A stretch of 14,706 nucleotides of DNA from Allobaculum fili (GCF_020969955.1 NZ_JAHDSX010000053.1:1-14706); one strand, 5' to 3'; positions 1-9,809 are shown, counted from the first letter of the stretch. The notes: generated by a model from the letters alone, not told the origin. Numbers and translations are program-made.

Positions 1-146
1 ATGCGTTTAATGTTTCGTGAATAAATGATTGTTCGAGTACTTTTTGTGATTTTAAGAATCGACGTTGTGTATTTCGAATTTCTTGATCTGTCTGTAAAGT
101 TTTCAAAGAGCCATCTGTTTGTGAGAAACTCGATGTCTCTCACAAG
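1..146 (-). promoter_or_regulatory. rRNA-operon leader (boxB-like hairpin plus boxA-like antitermination box), transcribed leftward out of the window
   Basis: The minus strand reads GTGAGAGACATCGAGTTTCTCAC (6-bp stem, 121..143), then AAACAGATGGCTCTTTGAAAACTT (boxA-like, about 98..112). CTCTTTGAAAAC matches the TTCTTTGAAAACT-type motif I recall from Bacillota rrn leaders and spacers. The region is AT-rich, has no ORF and lies directly downstream of two promoters. The 16S gene itself is not in the window. Confidence 0.55.
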
Positions 147-154
147 GCTTGTTT

Positions 155-183
155 ATCATATCATCGTCAAACATCTCTGTCAA
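155..183 (-). promoter_or_regulatory. sigma-70-type promoter (putative rrn P2): TTGACA-17 nt-TATGAT
   Basis: On the minus strand, TTGACA lies at 183..178, followed by a 17-nt spacer and TATGAT at 160..155. An A/T-rich UP-like tract lies immediately upstream (184..230), including a 7-bp inverted repeat GTGAAAT/ATTTCAC at 192..214. Confidence 0.6.
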
Positions 184-284
184 CATGTTTTGTGAAATAT
201 TTTATTTATTTCACTTAATGCATTTTCGTTGATATTTAAAGGGATATGCAGTGCTGGGAAAATATATTTTCACAGTGCTCCGTT

Positions 285-313
285 ATCTTATCATCGCTTT
301 GAAAAGAAAGCAA
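285..313 (-). promoter_or_regulatory. candidate upstream promoter (putative rrn P1): TTGCTT-17 nt-TAAGAT
   Basis: On the minus strand, TTGCTT lies at 313..308, followed by a 17-nt spacer and TAAGAT at 290..285. It sits about 130 bp upstream of P2, which fits the tandem promoter layout typical of rrn operons. Confidence 0.4.
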
Positions 314-444
314 GCATAAGATTTTCGGCTCATCGAGCGCACAGAGGCTCCAGGCGGCTGCTTATCGCTTCGTTTCTTCTTTTTCTGCTCCAGATACGTT
401 TCCGGCTGAGCAGGCGGAAAACAGTGAAAACAGCGATGTCGTTT

Positions 445-497
445 TTAGAAATAGAAAAGCGCTGTCTGCAGCGGATTCGTTCCGCCCGGACAGCGCT
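445..497 (-). terminator. rho-independent terminator of rpiB (compound hairpin)
   Basis: A 9-bp stem AGCGCTGTC (458..466) pairs with GACAGCGCT (489..497) and encloses an inner hairpin GCGGA-ttcgt-TCCGC (471..485). On the minus strand the stem is followed by TTTCTATTTCT. It lies about 110 nt downstream of the rpiB stop and insulates the rrn promoters. Confidence 0.7.
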
Positions 498-606
498 GTT
501 TTGACTTTGATGAAGAGACTCAGACCGGCTGTGCACCCGTGCCTTTCTCTGCTTCCTTTTCTTTATTATCGGGTCTTTTATCGGATCTTCGTTTTCTTTA
601 TTTCTT

Positions 607-1059
607 TTATTCCTTTGCCGATCCGTCGAGTACAGCCAGTTTGTGAATGCGGCGGATATGGTTGGCTCCGTTGGAGAACGGTGTGGTCATGAAGGTGTTG
701 ACGATATCTTTTGCGGTTTCCATTCCTGTTGTACGTGCACCCATGCTCATCATGTTGGCGTCGTTATGTTCACGGATCAGTCTGGCGTCCGTCACGTCCT
801 TGCAGCGTCCGCAGCGAATGCCCGGGACTTTGTTTGCGGCGATTTCAATTCCTACACCGGTACCGCACATCACGATGCCGCGATCGGCTTCCCCGTTTAC
901 GACCGCTCTGGCGCATTTGGCTCCATAGTCTGGATAGTCAACGCTGTCGTTTGTATCGGTTCCCAGATTGATGACTTCGCAGCCTTCGTCTTCCAGCATC
1001 TTCATGATTTCGTTTTTCATGGCCACTGCGGCATGATCGTTCGCAAGTGCGATTTTCAT
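607..1059 (-). CDS. rpiB: ribose-5-phosphate isomerase B (RpiB/LacAB family)
   Basis: The 150-aa ORF starts MKIALANDHAAV and contains the GIVMCGTGVGIEIAANKVPGIRC active-site loop and REHNDANMMSMGAR, all typical of RpiB. GGAGGA lies 6-7 nt upstream of the ATG. Confidence 0.9.
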   Translation of the reverse strand: MKIALANDHAAVAMKNEIMKMLEDEGCEVINLGTDTNDSVDYPDYGAKCARAVVNGEADRGIVMCGTGVGIEIAANKVPGIRCGRCKDVTDARLIREHNDANMMSMGARTTGMETAKDIVNTFMTTPFSNGANHIRRIHKLAVLDGSAKE

Positions 1060-1575
1060 ATTCAGTTCCTCCTACTAAATCTTTCGATATTCCTGTCTTC
1101 TATTTTGTCACAAATCCAGTTCTTTTCGACAATCTGGACTCACTCTCTGCCAAATCGGGGATCCCGCGTTTCTGTTTGGAAAATCCAAACGGTTTGTCAC
1201 TCCGTTCTCCGCCGTTTTGCCCGGCATCATCTTTCAAGTCCTCAAAGGAGACAAACCCGTCTTTCCTCGCGTCGGATTTTTGTTTCTCGCGGCTGTTCTT
1301 AAGCGGATTTGATCGCCTGTGCCGTCGATCCCGTTCATTTTCTCTTTATCTAAAGCGAATTACGGTTGCCCCTCCTGAATTCTATTGCCGGATGGGTGAA
1401 CTTCCCGGATTCTTTTTATTTTATAGCCCTTCCCGATCGTGTCTCGATCACGGGATTTTCTCACTGCCTTTTTTTAGATGAGTTTTCCGTGTCATGCCCG
1501 TAAGGAAAGGGTAAGAAGGATCGATAGGACAAATAGGATTCTTTTTCTATCCTTGAAGGCAAGGAGGACGAAATC

Positions 1576-2337
1576 ATGTCTGTACTGGAAGTTGCTAATC
1601 TTCAGAAAGTTTATAAATCCCGCTTCTCCTCGGTCGTTGTAGAAGCGCTCAGCGATGTTACCTTCTCGGTGGAAGCCGGGGAATATGTCGCCATCATGGG
1701 GGAGAGCGGATCGGGCAAATCCACTCTGCTCAATATTCTGGCGGTTCTCGATCAGCCGACGCGCGGCTCCGTCAAAATTAACGGCCGGGAAGCTTCCTCG
1801 ATTCCCGCCCGGGAACTCAGTCTTTTTCGACGCAATCATCTTGGGTTCCTGTTTCAGGATTACTCCCTGCTCGACACGTTTACCCTCAAGGACAACATTC
1901 TGCTCCCGCTCGTTTTAAACAAGGCACGTTATTCCGAAATGGAAGCCCATCTCAAGCCGCTGGCCAGACAGCTTGGCCTGACGCCTTTGCTGAAAAAGTA
2001 CCCATACGAAGTATCCGGCGGTCAGAAGCAGCGCGCTGCAGCAGCCAGAGCGCTGATTACCGAACCGGAACTGATGCTGGCCGATGAACCGACGGGCGCC
2101 CTGGATTCCCGCAGTTCGCAGGAACTGCTCGAGCTATTTGAAACGCTCAACAAGCAGGGCCAGACCATTGTCATGGTTACCCATTCCGTCATGGCGGCCA
2201 GCTACGCGAGCCGCATTCTGTTCATTCGCGACGGAAAGATTTTTCATCAGCTGATCCGCGGATCCCAGAGCCGGGAACAGTTTTACGAGAAGATCACTAA
2301 TACGCTGACGGTGATGTCTTCCAGGGAGAACGCCTGA
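1576..2337 (+). CDS. ABC transporter ATP-binding protein, BceA/MacB-like (peptide-antibiotic efflux type)
   Basis: Walker A is GESGSGKST, the ABC signature is SGGQKQR, Walker B is LMLADEPTGALD and the H-loop is VTHS. The C-terminal tail (REQFYEKITNTL) is typical of BceA-type ATPases. AGGAGG lies 8 nt upstream of the ATG. Confidence 0.9.
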   Translation: MSVLEVANLQKVYKSRFSSVVVEALSDVTFSVEAGEYVAIMGESGSGKSTLLNILAVLDQPTRGSVKINGREASSIPARELSLFRRNHLGFLFQDYSLLDTFTLKDNILLPLVLNKARYSEMEAHLKPLARQLGLTPLLKKYPYEVSGGQKQRAAAARALITEPELMLADEPTGALDSRSSQELLELFETLNKQGQTIVMVTHSVMAASYASRILFIRDGKIFHQLIRGSQSREQFYEKITNTLTVMSSRENA

Positions 2338-4364
2338 TGCATCGCTTCCTTTACTGGTCTCTGGCGTGGCAGTCGATTCAGAAAAGCCGCCGGATTACCG
2401 TTCCGTTCATCGCGGGCAGTTCGCTGATGGTCATGATGCTTTACTCGCTGCTTTCCCTCAGCGTCTCTTCGGTCTTTGGTGGAACGTTTGGCGAAACGAC
2501 TATGCTCACGACCCTGAATCTGGGCGTTCACGTCGTTGAGTTCTTTACCGTTCTCATCTTTCTATATATCAACAGCGTCTGGATGAAAAACCGGGCACAG
2601 GAAAACGGTCTGTATTCCATTCTGGGGATGGAAAAGCGCCATCTCATGCGCATCATCTTTTACGAACTGCTGATCAGCTATGCCAGTTCGCTGGTCATCG
2701 GCATTCTGCTGGGCATCGTTCTGGATAAGATTCTCCTTCTGGTTCTGGGACTGATGCTTCCCCTGAACATTCCAAAGGGATTTTCTCTGACCTGGTCTGC
2801 CGTCTGGGGAACCGCGCTCTGGATCGGGGTGTGCTATCTGATTCTTCTTGCGGTTACGCTTTTCTCCTTGCTTCGCCACAATCCGCTCGAAGAGATGAAA
2901 ACTAAATCGACTTCGGAAAAGCCGGTAAAAAGCCGCTGGATTCTTGCGGTGCTTGGCGTATGCAGTCTGGGGTCAGGCTACTGGATGGCGGTAACGATCG
3001 AAGATCCCGTACAGGCTCTCTTCCTGTTTTTCGCCGCTGTCGTCTGCGTCATTATCGGCACGTATCTTCTGTTTATTTTCGGCTCGACGGTAATCCTCAA
3101 CAGCCTGCAGAAAAACAAGTCGTTTTATTATCAGCCTAGCCATTTCATTTCCATTTCCACAATGAAGTATCGCCTGAAAGCCAATGCAGCGTCTCTGGCG
3201 AGTCTGGCCATTCTTTCCACGATGGTTCTCGTTACCCTCTCTACTGTCATCACACTCTTTGCGGGGATGAATTCGGCGCTTGATGCCAAGTATTCCGGAA
3301 CGGCCATGCTCAATATGGATCTGAACATTCCGTACGCAAGCCGCGTCCCTTCTCGGGATTCTCTCGAACTGCAGGCGATCACGATGCATGCAGCGGCGAA
3401 AGCCGGCCTGCATCCGCAAAATCCAGTGACGTATCAGGAAGCCTTTGCTTCTTATCACGATGAACAGAACAAACTGGTCACAGCCGAAATTATCGATCTC
3501 GCCGATTTGAACCGGCTAAGCGGTCAGAATATTTCTCTGGGCGATCATCAGATTCTTGCGTTCGATTCCCGTTTTTCGAACGGTCAGAAACTGACGAACG
3601 AAGATACGAAAGAAACGTTCGAAGTCGTTCGTGCCGATTTCGCGCTGCCGGACTCGATTACGCATCGCTTTTTAAGCGACACGCAAAGCCGCTGGTTTGC
3701 GCTCGAACTGAACGCTTCGCAGGATGCTTCAATCTATCCTTCCTGGACCGTCCAGTTTGAGGACGGAATCACCCGTTCCGCCGCTTCTCCGGAATCGGTC
3801 AGCGACGATATGTTTATGGAAGCTTCGGATGCCTTCACCAACAATTTGAATCTGGATGCCTTTCTGACTGCGCATGGAACGGATCCGAATGCTGATTTGG
3901 CAGGTCTGCAGTATTCCCTGTCTTTTCGAGAAGTGGATCGCCGACAAGGACTGAGCGTTTATGCTGCCTTCCTGTTTGCGGGTCTGTATCTGAGTGCGCT
4001 CTTTACGCTGGTTGTGATTCTGATCATGTACTACAAGCAGATTTCCGAAGGATTCGACGATCAGAAGCGCTTTGCGATCATGCAGAAAGTCGGGCTGGAG
4101 CGAAAACAGATCAAGCATATGATTAACGAACAGGTTCTCGTCATGTTCTTCCTGCCGCTTGTCACCGCGATCGTTCATATGGGCTTTGCCTACACGATGC
4201 TTTCCAAAATCATCGACATTCTGAGTCCGAGCGCGATGTCGATCTACTTCTTGGCAACAGCTGGCGTCATTGCGGTGTTCGCCCTGCTCTATATCATCAT
4301 TTATCGGCTGACGGCCAACGTCTATTACCGGCTGGTCGGTCTGCCGACGCAGTCCAATGCATAA
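2337..4364 (+). CDS. FtsX-family ABC permease, BceB-like (about 10 TM helices with a large extracytoplasmic domain)
   Basis: The 675-aa ORF is coupled to the ATPase gene by a TGATG stop/start overlap. It has N-terminal and C-terminal clusters of hydrophobic helices and a roughly 220-aa hydrophilic loop (about aa 320-540), which is the BceB architecture. Confidence 0.85.
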   Translation: MHRFLYWSLAWQSIQKSRRITVPFIAGSSLMVMMLYSLLSLSVSSVFGGTFGETTMLTTLNLGVHVVEFFTVLIFLYINSVWMKNRAQENGLYSILGMEKRHLMRIIFYELLISYASSLVIGILLGIVLDKILLLVLGLMLPLNIPKGFSLTWSAVWGTALWIGVCYLILLAVTLFSLLRHNPLEEMKTKSTSEKPVKSRWILAVLGVCSLGSGYWMAVTIEDPVQALFLFFAAVVCVIIGTYLLFIFGSTVILNSLQKNKSFYYQPSHFISISTMKYRLKANAASLASLAILSTMVLVTLSTVITLFAGMNSALDAKYSGTAMLNMDLNIPYASRVPSRDSLELQAITMHAAAKAGLHPQNPVTYQEAFASYHDEQNKLVTAEIIDLADLNRLSGQNISLGDHQILAFDSRFSNGQKLTNEDTKETFEVVRADFALPDSITHRFLSDTQSRWFALELNASQDASIYPSWTVQFEDGITRSAASPESVSDDMFMEASDAFTNNLNLDAFLTAHGTDPNADLAGLQYSLSFREVDRRQGLSVYAAFLFAGLYLSALFTLVVILIMYYKQISEGFDDQKRFAIMQKVGLERKQIKHMINEQVLVMFFLPLVTAIVHMGFAYTMLSKIIDILSPSAMSIYFLATAGVIAVFALLYIIIYRLTANVYYRLVGLPTQSNA

Positions 4365-4551
4365 GCAAAAAGGAAAAGGCGGCCGCCGCAAAAAGACAAA
4401 TTCAATTTTCGTGCTTCGCTGGCTGATTCTTTTCGCTCTGCTTATTCGCATTCTCTTTTATGAACTGCCGCGAATGGCCGTACTGCTTGGGCTCAACTTC
4501 GTCAGTCATCGTCGGGCGCCAAAGCGCTGAGTTCTCATCGCAAAAAATACT

Positions 4552-4586
4552 GGCCGTCCTTACTGCAGGACGGCCTTCTGTTTTTC
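4552..4586 (+). terminator. rho-independent terminator, about 190 nt downstream of the permease gene; A-run upstream makes it potentially bidirectional
   Basis: GGCCGTCC (4552..4559), loop ttactgca, GGACGGCC (4568..4575), then TTCTGTTTTTC. It is preceded by CAAAAAATA. Confidence 0.7.
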
Positions 4587-5070
4587 ATTCTGCTTTTCTC
4601 ATCTGGCATCGACCTGGTCCGCTGTATTTCCAGCGGAAGCCTGACGAATCCGATTTTCTACTCCTTTGTTCTATTCCCTTTCGCTTTGTTCGTTGCCTTC
4701 TGCTTTATGCTGTTTTGTTCTATCGGACTCTGTTGCTAAAGCTGCAGCTGGAACAGTCAGGAAGCGGTGCCGGTTTGAAAGATTTGGAGCCCAACGATGC
4801 AAATCGATCATTTTCGAACAGTTTTCGCTCTTTTGGACGATTTGATGAATTTGGCTAAATTTTCGATATAGCGTTCGTCGATCAAAAAACAAAAAGATCA
4901 TTTTTTGAAGAAATCAACGTTTTTCCCGGCGCAATTTCCCGAATACAGGGTATCTTCCAGACTGCTTTTTCACTTTTGGCCAGAAAAATGGCTGTGTTTG
5001 TGTAAATTCGCAAAAATTTTTCCAAGATTCTGAAAATATTTTCACAAGTTATCTTGCATGTTTTTCAGAA

Positions 5071-6437
<1,367 letters not shown>

Positions 6438-6494
6438 GCCGATAACAAGCCGTCGGAATTTCATTTTCTGCAGCACACATTCAAAATGAAAAAC

Positions 6495-6526
6495 AGCGAA
6501 GGTCAGTCAAGGCCTTCGCTTTTCTA
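6495..6526 (+). terminator. rho-independent terminator of gdhA
   Basis: AGCGAAGG (6495..6502), 10-nt loop, CCTTCGCT (6513..6520), then TTTTCT. It is preceded by AAAAAC. Confidence 0.7.
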
Positions 6527-6747
6527 TGCCCGAATCCGAATGAATCCGTGTTCCTCTATTTCTCAGTTTTTCATTTCTCAGCTTTTCGATTTGCCTATTT
6601 CCTGAATGGATCGCTCTGTATCCGTCACGGAGCTCGACAATGGACTCCATTTCAGTGTCTTTCTTTTCACTGCAAGAAGAATCTCCCAGACGGCTCGACT
6701 CGAATCGCTACAGAGACGTTCGGCACGACGCTGTTGCGTGAGCCGGT

Positions 6748-7088
6748 TTATCTCGCCTTTGCGATCGATTCTTCATTAGACGTTTTTGTCCAGCAAATCC
6801 GACCCAGACCAATGATCATAACCGCCGCGCTGCAGATATTCTCGTACGGATACGGATTATCGACGACAAAAGCCAGACAGACCAGAACGACGCCGATCAG
6901 AGCAGCGACCGCGATGGATACGGTTTTGACGGATTTTGAAGGAAGCGGACGCAGAGAAATCATTGTACAGGCCGCACCATAAAACAGGCTGGCTGCAAAG
7001 ACATACTGCTTCTGTATCGCAAACATCACGACAAGAACCAGCAGCAGTACAAAAAGCAAGGTGTTCCAAAGACCAGAAGACTTTTGCA
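6748..7088 (-). CDS. small integral membrane protein (about 4 TM helices), function unknown
   Basis: A 113-aa product results from the ATG at 7088 (MQKSSGLWNTLLFVLLLVLVV...), which has GAGGAGGG 5 nt upstream. The GTG at 7104 used by the ORF track overlaps that ribosome-binding site. There are four hydrophobic stretches and I recognise no family motif. Confidence 0.6.
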
Positions 7089-7283
7089 TAACGACCCTCC
7101 TCACAAAGTGTTTAATGGATTCCGATCCCTTTCCGCTTAATGTTCAGGCCAGGAAAGCTGAATTGAATACGGCTGGACGTATTCCTTTTCTGGCTCAGTT
7201 ATGAAGCGAATGGGTCCCTGATTCAATTGTATAGAGGAATGAACGTGTTTCGCTGTTCTTTTTATTCATTTTCATTCGTTGGC

Positions 7284-7320
7284 AAAAAATGCAGAGGCGA
7301 AAATCCCTCTGCATTTTCCT
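7284..7320. terminator. bidirectional rho-independent terminator (ends the HAD gene transcript on the minus strand)
   Basis: AAAAAA-ATGCAGAGG (7289..7297), loop cgaaaatc, CCTCTGCAT (7306..7314), then TTTTCCTTTT. There is a T-run on both strands. Confidence 0.75.
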
Positions 7321-7413
7321 TTTCGAATCTGGATCGTCCAGGGCTGGTCCGAACGCAAGGATCTTCTGTTGTACGCAGGAACGCCCGGCTTTGCACTGGC
7401 TTTTCTGTTTGGT

Positions 7414-8094
7414 TTATCGGGTGGACCTATCTTCTTCCGGTTCTTCGCAAAGCTTCCAGAAGCGGTCCATATCTTTATAATCGGGCATTGTCCAGAGCGC
7501 ACAGGCGCTCTTTTCTTCGTATTCCGGATCGTATTCTGAACAGATGGCGATACACGGATAGCCGTTTTCGCTGGCGCACTGCAGGGCGTACAGCGCATCT
7601 TCAAAAACCATGACCTCTTCCTTTGTCAGATGCATATTTCTTCTGGCCAGATCGTAAATAGCCGGATCCGTCTTGCCGATGCGCACGCTGGTGCAGTCAA
7701 ACACACCATCGCACGTCGGTTCCAGTCCATAGCGGCGCAGCACCGATCGAACACACACTTCGTCGCCTGCTGTAGCAATCATGCACGGAATCTTTCGTTC
7801 TTCCAGCTCAGCCAGAAACTTAGCGGCCCCGGGAAGAAGCTCTACACTATGGGCATAAATCCAGCGCAGCCGTTCCTGAAAAAATTCCAGCATTTCCTCA
7901 ACGCTTTGATCGAGCCGGTAGTGATCGATAAAAATCTGCGCGGCTTCTTTGAGCGACGCATCCTCAATCTGCTCCTGCGGAAAGTCCGGATCTTCGATTT
8001 TCAGCTCCTTCAGGCAGTCTCTGGCAAAGTTTTTCCAAATCCCCATGGAGTCCAGAATCGTTCCGTCTCCATCCAGAATCACCCCTCGAATCAT
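7414..8094 (-). CDS. HAD-superfamily hydrolase, subfamily IA (phosphatase / beta-phosphoglucomutase-like)
   Basis: Motif I is ILDGDGTILDS (DxDxT), motif II is IATAG, motif III is the Lys in GKTDPAIY and motif IV is FEDALYALQCA. The ORF is 226 aa, with AGGGGAG 6 nt upstream of the ATG. Confidence 0.8.
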   Translation of the reverse strand: MIRGVILDGDGTILDSMGIWKNFARDCLKELKIEDPDFPQEQIEDASLKEAAQIFIDHYRLDQSVEEMLEFFQERLRWIYAHSVELLPGAAKFLAELEERKIPCMIATAGDEVCVRSVLRRYGLEPTCDGVFDCTSVRIGKTDPAIYDLARRNMHLTKEEVMVFEDALYALQCASENGYPCIAICSEYDPEYEEKSACALWTMPDYKDMDRFWKLCEEPEEDRSTR

Positions 8095-8216
8095 CTCACG
8101 CTCCCCTTTCTGTTTTCTCCAAAGTTTTCTCTTTCTCTATGGTTTCCGTTTTTCTATTGCTTTGTGGTGCGTATTTCGTATTTCCGATTGGACGATTCCA
8201 TTTTACCGAATCCGCC

Positions 8217-8260
8217 GAAAAAAATGGCAGTGCCCGGGCATTCGCGCCTGGCACTGCCAT
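8217..8260 (-). terminator. rho-independent terminator of the radical SAM gene
   Basis: An 11-bp stem ATGGCAGTGCC (8224..8234) pairs with GGCACTGCCAT (8250..8260). On the minus strand it is followed by seven T (A-run 8218..8224 on plus). Confidence 0.8.
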
Positions 8261-8342
8261 AACAGATTCCATGAATCAAAGTCTGCGTTTTGTTCTGCAA
8301 TGGATTTTCGTATGAGATACCATTCTCCGCTTAGAAGGCAGG

Positions 8343-9809
8343 TTATTTTATCGAAGAACGCAAGGAATCCGGCGTATACTCGTCGATCTGGCGGTTCAGT
8401 TTTGGAACGACAGTCTGTTCATACTCCTCACGGGACATGATGTATTCATGCGTTTCCTTGTACGGAGTATGGTGAGAAATCTTCCACAGACGGTCTGCTT
8501 CCGGTTTCCAGTTTTTCGCATATTCCTCGGTCTTTTCCATCAGGTGTTCTACCGATTCCGGAGATTCCAGGTCTGTGGAATGTGCGCCGGAAGCATGAAC
8601 CATTTCACCGATCGCATGCGGGTTTTCCAGCATTGGGCACGGTCTTAAATGGTTGCCGTTGAACGGCTGATGGTTTTTATACTGCATGAACATTGGCGAG
8701 CAGAGTCCTTCGAGGATGGTCTTTTCGCGAATGTTGGAATCCGAGTAGTGGATAAATACGCATGGATCCATATCGCCGTTGGCGTTGATATGGAAGTAGC
8801 GGCGTCCGCTGGCGATGCAGCCCTGGAGGTATTCACCGTCGTTCTGGAAGTCCATTGGCCAGATTTCCTTAGTCTCACGGATTTCACGAATACGGTGGTA
8901 CATGTATTCACGCTGTTCAGGAGACGGCAGCAGTTCGACTGCAGCATCGTTGCCGACTGGCATGTAGTGGAAGAACCAGGCGTATTTTACGCCGCGGCTG
9001 ATCATTTCATCGATGAATTCATCCGAAACAATGGACGGAATATTCTTCGATGTGTAGCAGCAGCTGATACCGATTGGCAGCTTGTGGGAATGGAGGATAT
9101 CCATGGCTTTCAGAACTTTGCCATAAACGCCTTCTCCGCGACGGAAGTCGGTGGCTTCTTCGAGGCCTTCAACCGAAATAACCGGGAAGAAGTTTTTCAC
9201 TTCCAGCATTTCTTCCGCGAACGCGTCATCGATCAGCGTACCGTTGGTGAAGGACATGAAGACGCAGTCGTTATGACGACGGCAGATTTCCATCAGGTCT
9301 TTCTTACGAACCAGCGGTTCACCGCCTGTATAAATATAGAAGTAAACGCCCATTTCCTTGCCCTGGCGGATGATGTCATCGATTTCATCCAGGGACAGGT
9401 TCAGCTTGTTTCCATATTCGGCTGCCCAGCATCCGGTGCAGTGCAGATTGCAGGCGCTTGTCGGGTCAAGAAGGATCGTCCAGGGGACATTGCATCCATA
9501 TTCTTCACGGACTTTCTGCTGTCTTTCCCAGCCAATAAAGTTGGCGTTGATTACGAAGTTTGTGAAGGCTTTTTTGATGACGCCGGTATCCACATCTTCA
9601 AAAATATTGCACAGCAGTTTGTTCAGATTGTTGTCGGGATCGTTGACAACTTTTGTGATCGCTGCCCGGGGGCCCGGAAATGAAGTATCGTTTTTCATTA
9701 CCGTGTTGATCAGAGCCATCAGACGGGGCAGGTTTTTCTGCGGATTTCCGTTAATATAGTTGACCATCGTATGAATCGATGTCTGCGTAGCTGCTTCTTT
9801 AAAACCCAT
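8343..9809 (-). CDS. radical SAM enzyme with an N-terminal ~110-aa extension and a C-terminal Cys-containing (SPASM/twitch-like) region; subfamily and substrate unknown
   Basis: Canonical CNLHCTGCW (CxxxCxxC) cluster motif, GGEPL SAM-binding motif, and C-terminal Cys residues in GCIASGRRYFHINANGDMDPCVF...GLCSP...RPCPM. The ORF track starts at GTG 9818, but that codon overlaps the AGGAG ribosome-binding site (9822..9818). The ATG at 9809 has an 8-nt spacing and the ATG at 9815 is an alternative. Confidence 0.85.
   Translation of the reverse strand: MGFKEAATQTSIHTMVNYINGNPQKNLPRLMALINTVMKNDTSFPGPRAAITKVVNDPDNNLNKLLCNIFEDVDTGVIKKAFTNFVINANFIGWERQQKVREEYGCNVPWTILLDPTSACNLHCTGCWAAEYGNKLNLSLDEIDDIIRQGKEMGVYFYIYTGGEPLVRKKDLMEICRRHNDCVFMSFTNGTLIDDAFAEEMLEVKNFFPVISVEGLEEATDFRRGEGVYGKVLKAMDILHSHKLPIGISCCYTSKNIPSIVSDEFIDEMISRGVKYAWFFHYMPVGNDAAVELLPSPEQREYMYHRIREIRETKEIWPMDFQNDGEYLQGCIASGRRYFHINANGDMDPCVFIHYSDSNIREKTILEGLCSPMFMQYKNHQPFNGNHLRPCPMLENPHAIGEMVHASGAHSTDLESPESVEHLMEKTEEYAKNWKPEADRLWKISHHTPYKETHEYIMSREEYEQTVVPKLNRQIDEYTPDSLRSSIK

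Noticed and set aside
1-90. Possibility that the first bases already belong to 16S rRNA
   Set aside because: The reverse complement ends ...CACGAAACATTAAACGCAT and has no AGAGTTTGATC-type 16S 5' motif, so only leader sequence is present.
643-1302. 219-aa and shorter ORFs on the plus strand opposite rpiB
   Set aside because: They overlap a well-supported rpiB gene and have no ribosome-binding site or motifs.
4460-4901. 132-aa plus-strand and 76-aa minus-strand ORFs in the permease-gdhA gap
   Set aside because: Neither has a ribosome-binding site. The plus-strand ORF runs straight through the 4552..4586 terminator. Both compositions are atypical, with no motifs.
4976-4993. Sigma-54-like TTGGCCagaaaaaTGGCT upstream of gdhA
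   Set aside because: The spacing and the -12 element do not fit TGGCAC-N5-TTGCW. GG rather than GC falls at the -12 position.
6507-6650. 47-aa minus-strand ORF (MESIVELRDGYRAIHSGNRQIEKLRNEKLRN...) downstream of the small membrane-protein gene
   Set aside because: It has no ribosome-binding site, it reads into the gdhA terminator hairpin, and part of its sequence derives from a direct DNA repeat (ATTTCTCAG x2 at about 6558..6582).
7165-7191. Plus-strand hairpin GAATACG-gctgga-CGTATTC followed by CTTTTCT, with no plus-strand gene upstream
   Set aside because: It is most simply a backup or insulating terminator against read-through from gdhA into the antisense of the downstream minus-strand genes. 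The only upstream plus-strand ORF (29 aa from 7115) lacks a ribosome-binding site.
8649-9683. 344-aa ORF antisense to the radical SAM gene
   Set aside because: The minus-strand frame carries the CxxxCxxC and GGEPL motifs. The antisense product has no motifs or ribosome-binding site.
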